Below are positions 9,423 through 22,033 of a stretch of 64,000 bases of DNA, in pieces. The stretch covers positions 3,520,001-3,584,000 of the forward strand of contig OZ219754.1 in assembly GCA_964291295.2 (NCBI GenBank), read 5' to 3'. The notes below the pieces were generated by a model. It was given only the letters and a program-made list of their open reading frames with translations, was not told the origin of the DNA and did not search any database. The position numbers were made by a program, and so were the translations under genes. The stretch comes from an uncultured Candidatus Binatia bacterium. Its GTDB lineage: Bacteria; Desulfobacterota; Binatia; UBA9968; JAJDTQ01. Each line of letters begins with the position of its first letter. Within the stretch, counting starts at the first letter, position 1.

Positions 9423-10286
9423 ATGGCGACGGCACGGGAGGTACGTATCGGTTGTGTCCAGACGCCGGCTTTGCCAACTTTCGACGAGGCCATCGAAGCG
9501 GCCCGCCGCCTGTCGGGCGACGCGGTGGCTGCGGGCGCCGAGTTCGTGTGCCTGCCGGAGTACTGCGGCGGCTTGGCGAGCGAAAACGGTGTGCCGAAGC
9601 CCCCGGCCGCACCGGAGGGGCGCCACCCCGTGCTTGACGCGTTGTGCGCCTTCGCCGGTGGGACCGGCGTGTGGCTTCTCATCGGCTCGGTGGCGGTGGA
9701 CGGACCTGACGGTCGCCTTGTCAACCGCGGTTTCCTGGTGGACGACAAGGGGGAGATCCGCGCCCGTTACGACAAGATCCATCTGTTCGACGTGGACCTG
9801 TCCGAGACCCAACGCTACCGCGAGTCCGCGGTGGTGGATCCCGGCAAGCAGGCCGTGGTGACGGACACCCCTTGGGGCCGCCTGGGCATGAGCACCTGCT
9901 ACGACCTGCGCTTCCCGCACCTCTACCGTTCGCTGGCCCAGGCCGGGGCGGAAATTCTGGCTGTGCCGGCGGCGTTCATGAAGGTCACAGGGCAAGCCCA
10001 CTGGCACGTGCTGAACCGTGCCCGGGCCATCGAGAACGGCGCCGTGGTGGTGGCCCCCTGCGCGGTGGGTCCGGTGCCTGGCGGCGGCGCCGTTTACGGC
10101 CACTCGCTGATCGTTTCCCCTTGGGGCGAGATCCTGGCCGAGGGCGGCGACGGTGTCAGCGCCATTGTCGCCGCCGTGGACATGGAGAGCGTCGCCAGCG
10201 TGCGTCGGCGAGTCCCGAGCCTCCGCCACGACCGCCCCTTCAGCCAGCCGGGCGAGACCGGGGCGGGATGCCGCTCGGTCGCCTGA
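9423..10286 (+). CDS. Carbon-nitrogen hydrolase (Nit1/deaminated glutathione amidase-like)
   Basis: Catalytic triad motifs LPEY, YDKIHLFDV, TCYDLRFP; also RARAIEN, YGHSLIVSPWG. ATG 9423 follows GGAGGG. Confidence 0.9.
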   Translation: MATAREVRIGCVQTPALPTFDEAIEAARRLSGDAVAAGAEFVCLPEYCGGLASENGVPKPPAAPEGRHPVLDALCAFAGGTGVWLLIGSVAVDGPDGRLVNRGFLVDDKGEIRARYDKIHLFDVDLSETQRYRESAVVDPGKQAVVTDTPWGRLGMSTCYDLRFPHLYRSLAQAGAEILAVPAAFMKVTGQAHWHVLNRARAIENGAVVVAPCAVGPVPGGGAVYGHSLIVSPWGEILAEGGDGVSAIVAAVDMESVASVRRRVPSLRHDRPFSQPGETGAGCRSVA

Positions 10287-10371
10287 ATTTCCCGGCCTGG
10301 ACCATCGCTCGCACAAGGCACTGCCAACGACAGCCCCCTGTCTCAAGGTGAGGTTCGGAGCATGCGCGGCA

Positions 10372-10407
10372 ACGAACACCTGACGAAACACGAACGCCGG
10401 ACGAAAC
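10372..10407 (+). repeat. 18-bp imperfect tandem duplication
   Basis: ACGAACACCTGACGAAAC / ACGAACGCCGGACGAAAC, intergenic. Confidence 0.7.
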
Positions 10408-10509
10408 AACGTGGCTGGCCGGATGGCGGCGGCCCATGACCGAACCGCACCCGGGAGCCGTCGTGCGCCGGTTCGTAGGGGACTCGTGGGCTTGCAGAGA
10501 CTTGCATCC

Positions 10510-10998
10510 ATGAAGGAGTTGATCCTTGTACGGCACGCCAAGTCGAGTTGGAAGGATTCCAACCTCGACGACCGCAACCGGACCCTCAACAGGCGAGGCG
10601 AGCGGGCCGCGCCAGAGATGGGCGCACGCTTGGCGCGGCACCGGGGCAAGCCGGATCTGATCGTGTCGAGCCCGGCGGTGCGGGCCCTGGAAACGGCACG
10701 AATCGTCGCCAGGAAGATCGGCTACCCACGCAAGGAAATCGTTGTGAAGGAGAGCCTCTACGGCGCCAGCCTCGCCGATCTGCTCGATGTGATTCGCGAC
10801 ACCGATGAATCCACCGGGGCGCTGATGCTGTTCGGTCACAATCCCGGCCTCACCGAACTTGCCAATCACGTCGGACCCCGGCCGATCCCCAACCTGCCGA
10901 CCTGCGGCGTGCTGCATCTCGCGTTCGAGACGGACTTGTGGTCAACCGTGGGATACACGCGGGGCAAGGAGATATTGTTCGACTTCCCCAGGAGTTAG
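10510..10998 (+). CDS. sixA: SixA-like phosphohistidine phosphatase (histidine phosphatase family)
   Basis: MKELILVRHAKSSW, D..R.LN.RG, SSPAVRALETA, GHNPGL, NLPTCG. Confidence 0.85.
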   Translation: MKELILVRHAKSSWKDSNLDDRNRTLNRRGERAAPEMGARLARHRGKPDLIVSSPAVRALETARIVARKIGYPRKEIVVKESLYGASLADLLDVIRDTDESTGALMLFGHNPGLTELANHVGPRPIPNLPTCGVLHLAFETDLWSTVGYTRGKEILFDFPRS

Positions 10999-11319
10999 CC
11001 GGACGGTCCCGGAGCTGGGCGTTCCCGGCACCGGGGCGAGGTCGGGACTCCCCGTCTCCGACAAGCTCAGGAGACCCCCTGACAGAGGTTTTCGAGGGAG
11101 ACCCCGGCCCGCATCTCACCACAGACCACCGCGGCAGACCGCTCGGCACATCGCCGTGCGCCAGGCGGCATTCGCGCCGGCAGGTGTGCCGGCCCGAACG
11201 GCGGCTCCGGCGCAGCCGTCCGTGTGGCGTATGGGAGAGGCGGCCGGGCGTTTCACCCGGCGCACCGCCCGGGCCTCACCCGGCGTGCGGGGAAAGCCTA
11301 AGGCCCGGGGAGCCGGATG

Positions 11320-14418
<3,099 letters not shown>

Positions 14419-14499
14419 GGGTGCCCGGGGCTGTACGCTGGAGCAGGGAAAGCGGGATGAACGTCCGGGGGAACGCCCCTTGACCGCGGCCATGGTTTT

Positions 14500-16023
14500 C
14501 TACTCCACTTTCCCGTGCAGGAACCAGCCGCGCCGCCGGGAGTCATAGTAGACCCACAGCCAGGAACCCGCGCCGGTGCGGACGAAATGGTATTCGCGAT
14601 GCACCCCGGCACCCGAGCCCCACCATCCTCCGGAGATGATGTAAGGACCGGCGCTCTCCCGAGTGAAAGAGCCGCCGTCAGCCCGGCTGCCGCCGGCCCG
14701 GGCACCGCTGACCAAGGCATCGCTGACCAGGGGGTCGGCATCGGCCCCGGGCGTTCCGGGCTTCCCGAACCGGACGGGCTCCGGAAAGAAACGCCGTACC
14801 AGCGGCCGCAGCAGGACTCTGCGCGGTTGTGCCGGCGGAACGGCTTCCATGCGCTCCCAGCCAAAGCGCGCTTCGGGAAGATGCCCGGCACGCAGGCACG
14901 CCCGCAGCAGCGCGCCGTCGCCGAACCGGGCCCGCAGCCGCGCCAGGGCGCGGTTGGCTGCGTCGGGATCCCGGGCGGAGGCGCCGTGGAAAAGCTGCCC
15001 CTGCCGGACATCGGGGGAGGCTCCCCGGAGATACATGACGATTTCCGTCACGCCGGCCGGCAGTTCCGTGGCCTCCAGGCGAAGCCGCAGCAGTTCCCGG
15101 ATCTGTCCCCGGTCGAGGGTGGGCCTGGCCGGCCGCAGGGTCTCGACCCTCTCCGACTTGTCATCCAGGCGGAGATGGACACGGAGTGCGGCCATCGTCT
15201 CGTGCCGTCGGCCCAGCGACTCGAGCAACGGCTCCAGCAGCTCTTCCATCAGGATCGCCAGCCGTTGGCCGTCGGCCTCCGGATGGTCGAGGAAGGTCGT
15301 CGCGGTCACGGGCTCGGGCGGCATCTCCGGGCGCAGCGGGCTCCAGAGATCGCCCGCGGCCAGCCGGTGGAGCCGGTGAGCTTCCCGTCCGAGACGAGAA
15401 CGCACCTGGGACGCTGGCAGATCCAGGAAGCCCCCGAGAGTATGGATGCCGAGCCGGGCCAGGAGACCGCGGACCTTGGGAGCGAAATCGAGCCGTTCGA
15501 GCCGTACGCCGCGGACATGATCGTGCTCTTCCCCGGGCGTGTGGAAGACCGTGGTCCGGTCACAGACCTTGGCCGCGGCATAGCTGCCGAAGCGGGAGAA
15601 CCCCACGGCCACGGTGTTGTAGAGGCCTGCGCCGGCAAGGTCCCGGTGGATGAGCCTGGCCCATTCCTCCAGGCTGGAGTAGAGCAGGGAGAGGCCCGAG
15701 GCCCCGAGCCAGAAAACCCCGGGTTCGTCCCGGGAGGGCTCGACCTCCACGGCAAAACACCGCAGCCGCGGGACCAGGGAGGCCACGGCCCTTTCCATGG
15801 CCGCATGGGAGATGACGCCGGCCCGGAGATGGCGCGAAAGCGCGAGCCCCGCCCCATAGCGCATGCCCGGGAGGATGCCCATGGCCCGTGCCTGTCGGTT
15901 CACCCGGAGAATGGTTCCCCGGGCCCTGTCCCGGTCCACCACCGCGGCGGGATGATTCTTCCAGTCCGGATGGTCCCGGAGCAGCAGTTGCAGGGGAAAG
16001 GCCGCTACGTCAACACAGGCCAT
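14500..16023 (-). CDS. imuB: ImuB, catalytically inactive Y-family polymerase scaffold
   Basis: MACVDVAAFPLQ, ARAMGILPGM, LARLGIHTLG, clamp-binding-like QGQLF, HLPE, and C-terminal GGWW...REY...WVYYD...WFLHG. Lies between imuA and dnaE2. Confidence 0.88.
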   Translation of the reverse strand: MACVDVAAFPLQLLLRDHPDWKNHPAAVVDRDRARGTILRVNRQARAMGILPGMRYGAGLALSRHLRAGVISHAAMERAVASLVPRLRCFAVEVEPSRDEPGVFWLGASGLSLLYSSLEEWARLIHRDLAGAGLYNTVAVGFSRFGSYAAAKVCDRTTVFHTPGEEHDHVRGVRLERLDFAPKVRGLLARLGIHTLGGFLDLPASQVRSRLGREAHRLHRLAAGDLWSPLRPEMPPEPVTATTFLDHPEADGQRLAILMEELLEPLLESLGRRHETMAALRVHLRLDDKSERVETLRPARPTLDRGQIRELLRLRLEATELPAGVTEIVMYLRGASPDVRQGQLFHGASARDPDAANRALARLRARFGDGALLRACLRAGHLPEARFGWERMEAVPPAQPRRVLLRPLVRRFFPEPVRFGKPGTPGADADPLVSDALVSGARAGGSRADGGSFTRESAGPYIISGGWWGSGAGVHREYHFVRTGAGSWLWVYYDSRRRGWFLHGKVE

Positions 16024-16660
16024 CCGTTCCACGGCACGACTCCGTGTGGCTCCACCCCGGTGCCCCTCGCTTGTCCTTGACCATGCGGATCTCCCAGTCG
16101 AAGCGGCTGAAGGCCGTCTTCGAGATCCTTCCTTCACCATGAAGCGACACCAGCGGTCCCAGCGAGGGCGCACCGTCTTTCTTGCGGGTGAGACAAAGAA
16201 GCGCCGCATGATGCCTTCGGGCCAAGGCCGCCAAGCGGCTCTGGACCGCCATATGCATCCGTGTCTCGGCCTTCAGGTCCACCACCACCAGCCCGAACGC
16301 CCCGGAACGCAACAACTGGTCGGCCGCACGGGACGCGGCGAGGGCGTCGTCAACGCGGACCACCGGCAAGGCATCGAGATCGATGCCCCACTCGGCAAAA
16401 TCCGGCGGGAAGAAGATCGAGTTGCCGAAACCGACCCACGCCGCGGGCTCGCCACACTGCTGGGCCTGGAGGATCAGGGCCGCGGCGGCCGTGAGGGAGG
16501 GAGCCGCGCCGGAGTCCGAGAACTCCGTGAGACGCCCCGCCAGCAGCGAAAGGCTCCAGGTCCGCGGAGCCTCGCGCGCGGGTCCTTCGCACACGGGTCG
16601 TGCGGGGGCGGCACCCGGAGCCGCCATGCGGCCGCATCTCTCTTCAGCAGGAACATCCAT
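16010..16660 (-). CDS. imuA: ImuA / RecA-like recombinase homolog with degenerate P-loop
   Basis: GRLTEFS, AAWV...FFPPDFA..GIDL, AADQLLRSGAFGLVVVDL, KDKR. Located between lexA and imuB. Confidence 0.82.
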   Translation of the reverse strand: MDVPAEERCGRMAAPGAAPARPVCEGPAREAPRTWSLSLLAGRLTEFSDSGAAPSLTAAAALILQAQQCGEPAAWVGFGNSIFFPPDFAEWGIDLDALPVVRVDDALAASRAADQLLRSGAFGLVVVDLKAETRMHMAVQSRLAALARRHHAALLCLTRKKDGAPSLGPLVSLHGEGRISKTAFSRFDWEIRMVKDKRGAPGWSHTESCRGTDGLC

Positions 16661-16743
16661 GGAAGCTCTCCGTGTCCCGCGGGCGGCAAAGCTCCGGGCG
16701 CTGGCAACACGCCTTCACCGACTCCGCGCCCGCCCCCTCCCGG

Positions 16744-17346
16744 TCACCCTTCAAGATACCGTCTCACCTCCACCACCTTGCCCAGGAGCGTGCACTCATC
16801 AGCCCTCGGAATGATCGGCGCGAAAGCCGGATTCTCCGGATGCAGTTCGACCCGGTTCCGGCGCAGCCGGAGCTTCTTGATGGTGGCCTCATCGCCCACC
16901 AGGGCGACGACGATATCGCCGGATGCGGCTTCCGCCTGCTGCCTCACGACGACGATATCGCCCGGAAGGATGCCCGCCCCGGTCATGCTTTCCCCCTGGA
17001 CCCGAAGCCCGAACAGATCCCCCGAACCTCGTGACCGGACCGAGATGTATCCCTCGCATTCCTCCACGGCGGCCCGGAGTCCACCGGCCTGCACCCGTCC
17101 CAGCAGCGGAACGAACAGCGTCCCGGGTTCCCGAGGCAGACGATAGCCCCTGGACTTCCCTGGCGCCTTGACCAGACGCCCCTCGGCCACCAGGCGCTCG
17201 AGATGCTGCCTGGCCGTCTGCACTGCGCTGAACCGGAACGCCTCCTGGACCTCCCGCACCGTGGGAGGAAGCTCCTCGAGAATCCGCCTGCGAACGAACC
17301 GGTAAACCTTTTCCCGGGTCTCCCCCGGTGGAGTCAAGGGTGCCAT
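16744..17346 (-). CDS. lexA: LexA repressor
   Basis: PPTVREV helix-turn-helix region, cleavage site VQAG, catalytic VQGESM and ATIKKL, LHPEN, GKVV. Confidence 0.93.
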   Translation of the reverse strand: MAPLTPPGETREKVYRFVRRRILEELPPTVREVQEAFRFSAVQTARQHLERLVAEGRLVKAPGKSRGYRLPREPGTLFVPLLGRVQAGGLRAAVEECEGYISVRSRGSGDLFGLRVQGESMTGAGILPGDIVVVRQQAEAASGDIVVALVGDEATIKKLRLRRNRVELHPENPAFAPIIPRADECTLLGKVVEVRRYLEG

Positions 17347-17354
17347 GAGGATAC

Positions 17355-17380
17355 GCATAACAGATATATGTCTGTCATGC
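17355..17380. promoter_or_regulatory. Palindromic candidate LexA operator overlapping the lexA promoter
   Basis: GCATAACAGATATATGTCTGTCATGC is a 26-bp palindrome with 2 mismatched pairs, 8 bp upstream of the lexA ATG. Confidence 0.65.
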
Positions 17381-17717
17381 AACCGACCTGTTCAAGGTGG
17401 AGAACCGAGTTGGCAGCGAAATCCCGCGGACGCGGCCCGGCGGTGCCTGCCGCATGACGTGACCGCAGGCAACGGGGTCGGGCCGTGCGCCGGCTCCGTC
17501 CAACTTGACACCCTCGGTCCGGCGAAAGTAGATTCCTGGCCGGTCGCCACGTCGAAGAAGTTCCCGGTGAGCAGCGCATCCATGCCTAGGGGCAGGTACA
17601 AGAAGCCTCTGCCGGCCGGGAAGAATGCATTGATGAAGAGCCCGTCCGCCCCCGGACGCCGCCACCGCCCTTGGTGCGGCCGTCATTGGGCGTCGGTGGT
17701 GGAGTTTCGGAGTCACC

Positions 17718-18743
17718 ATGCAAGTGGGAAAAGTCTGTATCCCGGCACCCCACAAGCTCTCGGCAGGGCGGGACATGCTGGAGGAGGCGGGTTGCGAGCT
17801 CGTGCTGGGCAAGGACCAGGATGAGTTTCCCAGGCACCGCTACACGGAAGACGAACTGGTGGAGCTCGTGGGCGACAGCGACACCATCTGGGCGGCCCAA
17901 CGGGACCACTTCACCGGCGCGGTGCTGGCCCGATGCCCCAAGGTGCGCGCGGTGATCAAGGCCGCCATCGGCTACGAGACCATCGACGTGGACAGCGCCA
18001 CCAAGCTGGGCATTCTGGTGTGCAACAGCCCGGCCCGGGAGAATTTCACCGGCGTGGCGGAGGCCACCGTCGGGCTCATCTCGATGCTGTTCAAGCGGCT
18101 GGTGCACAACCAGCGCCTCCTGCGCGAGGGCCGCTGGAAGCGGAACGAGCACCGCGGCAACCTCATGGCCGGCCGCACCATCGGCATCATCGGCCTGGGG
18201 CGGGTGGGCAAGGAGACGGCCCGGCGCCTGGGCCCCTGGGATATGCGGCTCATCGCCTGCGACCCCTACATCACCCGGGAGTCGGTACGGCACCTGGACG
18301 TGGAACTGGTGTCGCTGGACACGGTGCTCCGGGAATCCGACCTCGTGACCTGCCACACGCCGCTCACCGAGGAGACGCACCATCTCATCACCATGACCGA
18401 ACTCAGAAAGATGAAACCCTCCGCCTATCTGGTGAATACGTCACGCGGCGGCGTGATCCGGCAGGGGGATCTGGTGCAGGCCCTGAACGAGGGCGTCCTT
18501 GCGGGCGCCGCACTGGACGTGTTCGAGGAGGAGCCGCTGCCCATGTCGGACCCGATTCGCCATGTGGACCCGGAGCGGCTGATCATGACCCCGCACATCA
18601 TCGGCACCAACCCGCAGTCCCAGGTCTCCGGCGAGCGCATGGCCGCTCGGAGCATTCTCGCGGTGCTGGCCGGGCAGGTGCCGGAGACGGTGGTGAACCC
18701 TGCCTGCGTGGACGCCTGGAGAGAGCGGTTCGGCGGCCGTTGA
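17718..18743 (+). CDS. D-isomer-specific 2-hydroxyacid dehydrogenase (PGDH-like)
   Basis: GIIGLGRVG, DP Rossmann motif, HTPLT, LVNTSRGG, ALDVFEEEP, TPH. Confidence 0.9.
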   Translation: MQVGKVCIPAPHKLSAGRDMLEEAGCELVLGKDQDEFPRHRYTEDELVELVGDSDTIWAAQRDHFTGAVLARCPKVRAVIKAAIGYETIDVDSATKLGILVCNSPARENFTGVAEATVGLISMLFKRLVHNQRLLREGRWKRNEHRGNLMAGRTIGIIGLGRVGKETARRLGPWDMRLIACDPYITRESVRHLDVELVSLDTVLRESDLVTCHTPLTEETHHLITMTELRKMKPSAYLVNTSRGGVIRQGDLVQALNEGVLAGAALDVFEEEPLPMSDPIRHVDPERLIMTPHIIGTNPQSQVSGERMAARSILAVLAGQVPETVVNPACVDAWRERFGGR

Positions 18744-18969
18744 GGCCGAATCCGCTGCCGTTCGGTGAATCGCGAATCCCGCTTCCCGCAGTGTGGCTGG
18801 CGCCCCGCCCGGCCCCGCAGGCGCACCGGCGCCGGGATCGAAGTGTCCCTGCGGGAGGCGTTGGCCACCCGGGAACAGATGATCCGGCTCTACGCCAATC
18901 CGCAGCAAACCCGCATCGGCAGCCAGCGTGTGTGTTGCCGGCCAGGACCGCGCCGCCGGAGTCGGCGCG

Positions 18970-19743
18970 CTATGGCTCGTAGGACAAGGAGGAACGGACC
19001 AGATTGCTGATGCGCCGGTGCATGGGGTTGCGGAGTTCCTCGCCGATGTGGGCCATGGCCCCCAAGGTACGGCCGATGAGCGCGAAGGACTTGGCCATCT
19101 GCCACTGGAGTCCCATGTCGGATGCGATGGCGGCGATGGCGCCGGTGACGTTGATGGGCAGACCCCGGTCGTAACGCGCCTCCGCGGCCTTCCGGATCTC
19201 TTCCAGGAGCTCGCAGCAGCGCCCGCGCACACCCGTCTCGGCGGCGATCTCGTACAGCCGGTCGGCGCGCGGGTCGCCCTCCGAATGGGTGGCATGGCCG
19301 ATGCCGGCGATGCGCTGCTTCCGGCCGGCGTGGTCTTCCACCACGCCCCGGGCCACCGCGGCCAGATCCGCGGCGCCGCTGTCCGGAGGCAACGCGTCCT
19401 GCAGCATCCTGGCGCAGTATTCCGACGAACCCAGGTGCACGCTGCCCGCTCCCAGCAGGGCCGCGGCCACCGCCCCCTGGATGGCTTCCGGTGCGGTGGA
19501 GACCGTCAGGCGCGCCGCGATGATGTTGCTCACCATGCCGTGTTCCACCAGGACGTTGAGCAGTGCGTCCGTCATGCGGCCTTCGTCCTCGCTGGGAACG
19601 CGGCCCACCAGCATGAGGAAGGTCATCTGGCCAAAGCTGAGCTTGCCCAGGATATCCTTGGTCAGATCGATGTTGCGGACCAGGATCCGATGCAGTTCGG
19701 CCTTGCCCAATCCGGTTACGATCCGGGTCTTGTCGTCGCTCAT
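18970..19743 (-). CDS. Citryl-CoA lyase / citrate-synthase-fold protein
   Basis: VEHG, AVAAALLGAGSVHLG, GIGH..H..GDPRA, LPINVTGAIA. Confidence 0.85.
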   Translation of the reverse strand: MSDDKTRIVTGLGKAELHRILVRNIDLTKDILGKLSFGQMTFLMLVGRVPSEDEGRMTDALLNVLVEHGMVSNIIAARLTVSTAPEAIQGAVAAALLGAGSVHLGSSEYCARMLQDALPPDSGAADLAAVARGVVEDHAGRKQRIAGIGHATHSEGDPRADRLYEIAAETGVRGRCCELLEEIRKAAEARYDRGLPINVTGAIAAIASDMGLQWQMAKSFALIGRTLGAMAHIGEELRNPMHRRISNLVRSSLSYEP

Positions 19744-19785
19744 GGAGTTCTCCTTGCGGTCATGTGCCCGTGCCGCGGTCCGGCC

Positions 19786-22011
19786 TCATATGTCGATGCG
19801 GGTATCCCACAGGATCGGATCGCCGCCCATGGTGGGGCAGAACAGATCCACCTGCAACTGCACCTGGCAACCCGGACAGCAGTACTCGTGGTACTCGCCG
19901 ATATAGGGCTCGCCGGACGGCAGGGCGTCCTCCATGTAGTCGTTCAGGTCCAGGATGCGCCGCAGCGCGTAGTTCTTGTAATTCTCCCCGGGGCTGCAGA
20001 AAAGGTGCTGGCAATGGACGCAGCGGATGGCGTACTGGCCGTTCCGCCGGGCGATCTCCAGGCTCGCGTGGAAACGAAGCACCGGATCGTATTCGCCGGC
20101 CCGGCCCGGGTCCAGCGACGATGTCTTCCCGGAAGGCGGCGCCCCGCGTTCCCGGCGCTCGGCATGCATCCGCTCGCGCAGGCTCCGTGTCGCTGCCTCG
20201 TCCACGGACCGGCCGTCCCCGGCCAGCACCACGCCGTACACCTCCCGGCCGATCCGGGTGGTGAGCCAGCTCCGGCCGAAATCCCGCAACACCAGCGCGG
20301 GGTCACGTTCCAGCGGATCACCGAAACCGCCGCCGCCGGCCACATAGTCGATCAGCAGGCTTCCTTCGGGCAACGCCACCCGCTCCGGAACCCCATCGGG
20401 ATGGACCACCCGGCCCCAAGTCCCGTCCCGCATGGTGGCACCGTCCGGGTACTCGCCATCCCTGACCCGGTCCAGCAGTTCCATGCCCGCCGCCACCATG
20501 TAGCGCAGCACGCTCTTTCCGGTAGGGTAGCCGCCGCACAGGCCGTAACCGCCCTGGGCCACCCCACCGTAGGGCTTGTAGTCGACGCTGCAATCCCGGG
20601 AGCCGTAGATCCAGTAGATCCGGTAGCTGCCGAGGCCGCCGCGGTACTGGCCGAATCCGCTGCCGTCCGGGTTGTGTCCCCGGGTGAAGTACAGGAACGG
20701 ATACTGCATCTCGATGCGCTCGATGTCGCTTATGCCGGCGGAGGGGATGTTCATGTGGCCGCCGGTGTTGACACCGTCACGCAACGGCGCGCCGCCCATG
20801 CCGGCGCCATGGATGTCGTAGAGGCCCTGGGCCACGCGGATACCGTCCCGGGTGTGGCCGCCATAGAAGTAGCCGGGCCCGCCGGCGTAGGCCAGGTTGC
20901 CGGTGGTGGAGGCGTTGACGTCGTCCGTCCGGCCCGCCGCGTAGAGCATCTTGGAGACACATTCGCAGATGGTCGAGACCAGCACGTTGCCCACCCGGGG
21001 CGCGGCGCCGCAGGCCGCCGGAAAGGTGCAGTTCAGGATGGAGCCTTCCGGCACCTTGAGGGTCACCGGCCGCATCTTGCCGTCGCTCCAGGGCACGTCC
21101 CAGAACAGCGCGTTGGTGAGCGCCAGGGTGATGTGCGCGGCGGTGCTCGGAAGCGTGGAATTGTGGTCGGTATCGGTTTGCGGGCTGGTGCCCTCGAGGT
21201 CGAACTCCAGCTCGTCGCCCTTCTTGGTCATGGTGCAGTAGAGCTGCTGGGCCACGGCCTTGCGCGACTTGCGGTCGAGCGTGGTGACATACTCACGGGA
21301 AACCCAGGTGCCATCCGGCAACGAGCGCAGCTTGGCCCGGGCCTTGGCCTCCGAGTCCTCGATCATGCGCCGGCCCGCGGCCTCGACGAAACCGGCGCCG
21401 AACTTCTCCACCAGCCCCCGGTAACGGTCGGCGCAGACGTTGTTGCCGGCGATCATGGCCTTCATGTCCAGCCCCACGTACTGCGGGTCGCGGCACATGC
21501 CGGTGAGGGTCCGGAACACGTCCTCGCGAAACTCGCCCTTCTCGACGATCTTGAGGCCGCTGATGCAGATACCCTCGTGGAAGATCTCCAGGGCGCCGCC
21601 CCGAAGCACCCCGCCAGTGTCGGCGGTATGGGTGCTGGTGGCCGTCCACGCGATCAGCGCCCCTTCGTGGAAGATGGGCTTGATGACCATCATGTCGTAG
21701 GTGTGGGAGCCCGCCACATAGGGATCGTTGAAGAAGAACTGGTCGCCGTCGTAGAAGCCGGGGGACTCCTGGAAGTACTCCATCATGTTCTTGATGGCCT
21801 GGGAGGTGGCCGCGGCGAAGCGCAGGTGGCCGGAGCACGCCAACACCATGACGCCTTGGGCGTCGTAGAACGAACTCATGCACTCGCCGCCCTGGGCGAC
21901 GATGGGAGAGGCGGTGACGCGCTGAAGCGTCATGCGTCCTTCTTCCCCGATGGCCCAGAGCCGGTGGACGTACATCTCGTAACGAATGGGATCAACCGCG
22001 GTCGGTTCCAT
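19786..22011 (-). CDS. Hydantoinase B / acetone carboxylase alpha-like subunit with fused C-terminal gamma-like Cys-rich domain
   Basis: ASPIVAQGGE, NDPY..GSHTYD, THTADTGG, DIERIE..YP, GGGGFGDPLERDP, YGVV. C-terminus carries RCVHC...ENYK...EYCCPGC...VD. Confidence 0.88.
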   Translation of the reverse strand: MEPTAVDPIRYEMYVHRLWAIGEEGRMTLQRVTASPIVAQGGECMSSFYDAQGVMVLACSGHLRFAAATSQAIKNMMEYFQESPGFYDGDQFFFNDPYVAGSHTYDMMVIKPIFHEGALIAWTATSTHTADTGGVLRGGALEIFHEGICISGLKIVEKGEFREDVFRTLTGMCRDPQYVGLDMKAMIAGNNVCADRYRGLVEKFGAGFVEAAGRRMIEDSEAKARAKLRSLPDGTWVSREYVTTLDRKSRKAVAQQLYCTMTKKGDELEFDLEGTSPQTDTDHNSTLPSTAAHITLALTNALFWDVPWSDGKMRPVTLKVPEGSILNCTFPAACGAAPRVGNVLVSTICECVSKMLYAAGRTDDVNASTTGNLAYAGGPGYFYGGHTRDGIRVAQGLYDIHGAGMGGAPLRDGVNTGGHMNIPSAGISDIERIEMQYPFLYFTRGHNPDGSGFGQYRGGLGSYRIYWIYGSRDCSVDYKPYGGVAQGGYGLCGGYPTGKSVLRYMVAAGMELLDRVRDGEYPDGATMRDGTWGRVVHPDGVPERVALPEGSLLIDYVAGGGGFGDPLERDPALVLRDFGRSWLTTRIGREVYGVVLAGDGRSVDEAATRSLRERMHAERRERGAPPSGKTSSLDPGRAGEYDPVLRFHASLEIARRNGQYAIRCVHCQHLFCSPGENYKNYALRRILDLNDYMEDALPSGEPYIGEYHEYCCPGCQVQLQVDLFCPTMGGDPILWDTRIDI

Positions 22012-22033
22012 CGCTCTCTCTCCTGATCCTTGC

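Noticed and set aside
9423-10998. Amidase and SixA as cas accessory genes
   Set aside because: Host-like GC and codon usage, widespread housekeeping families, and separated from csb2 by their own leader.
17392-17660. Short minus-strand reading (GADGLFINAFFPAGRGFLYLPLGMDALLTGNFFDV...) upstream of lexA
   Set aside because: Looks protein-like but has no convincing start or RBS and no family I can name; at most a gene fragment.
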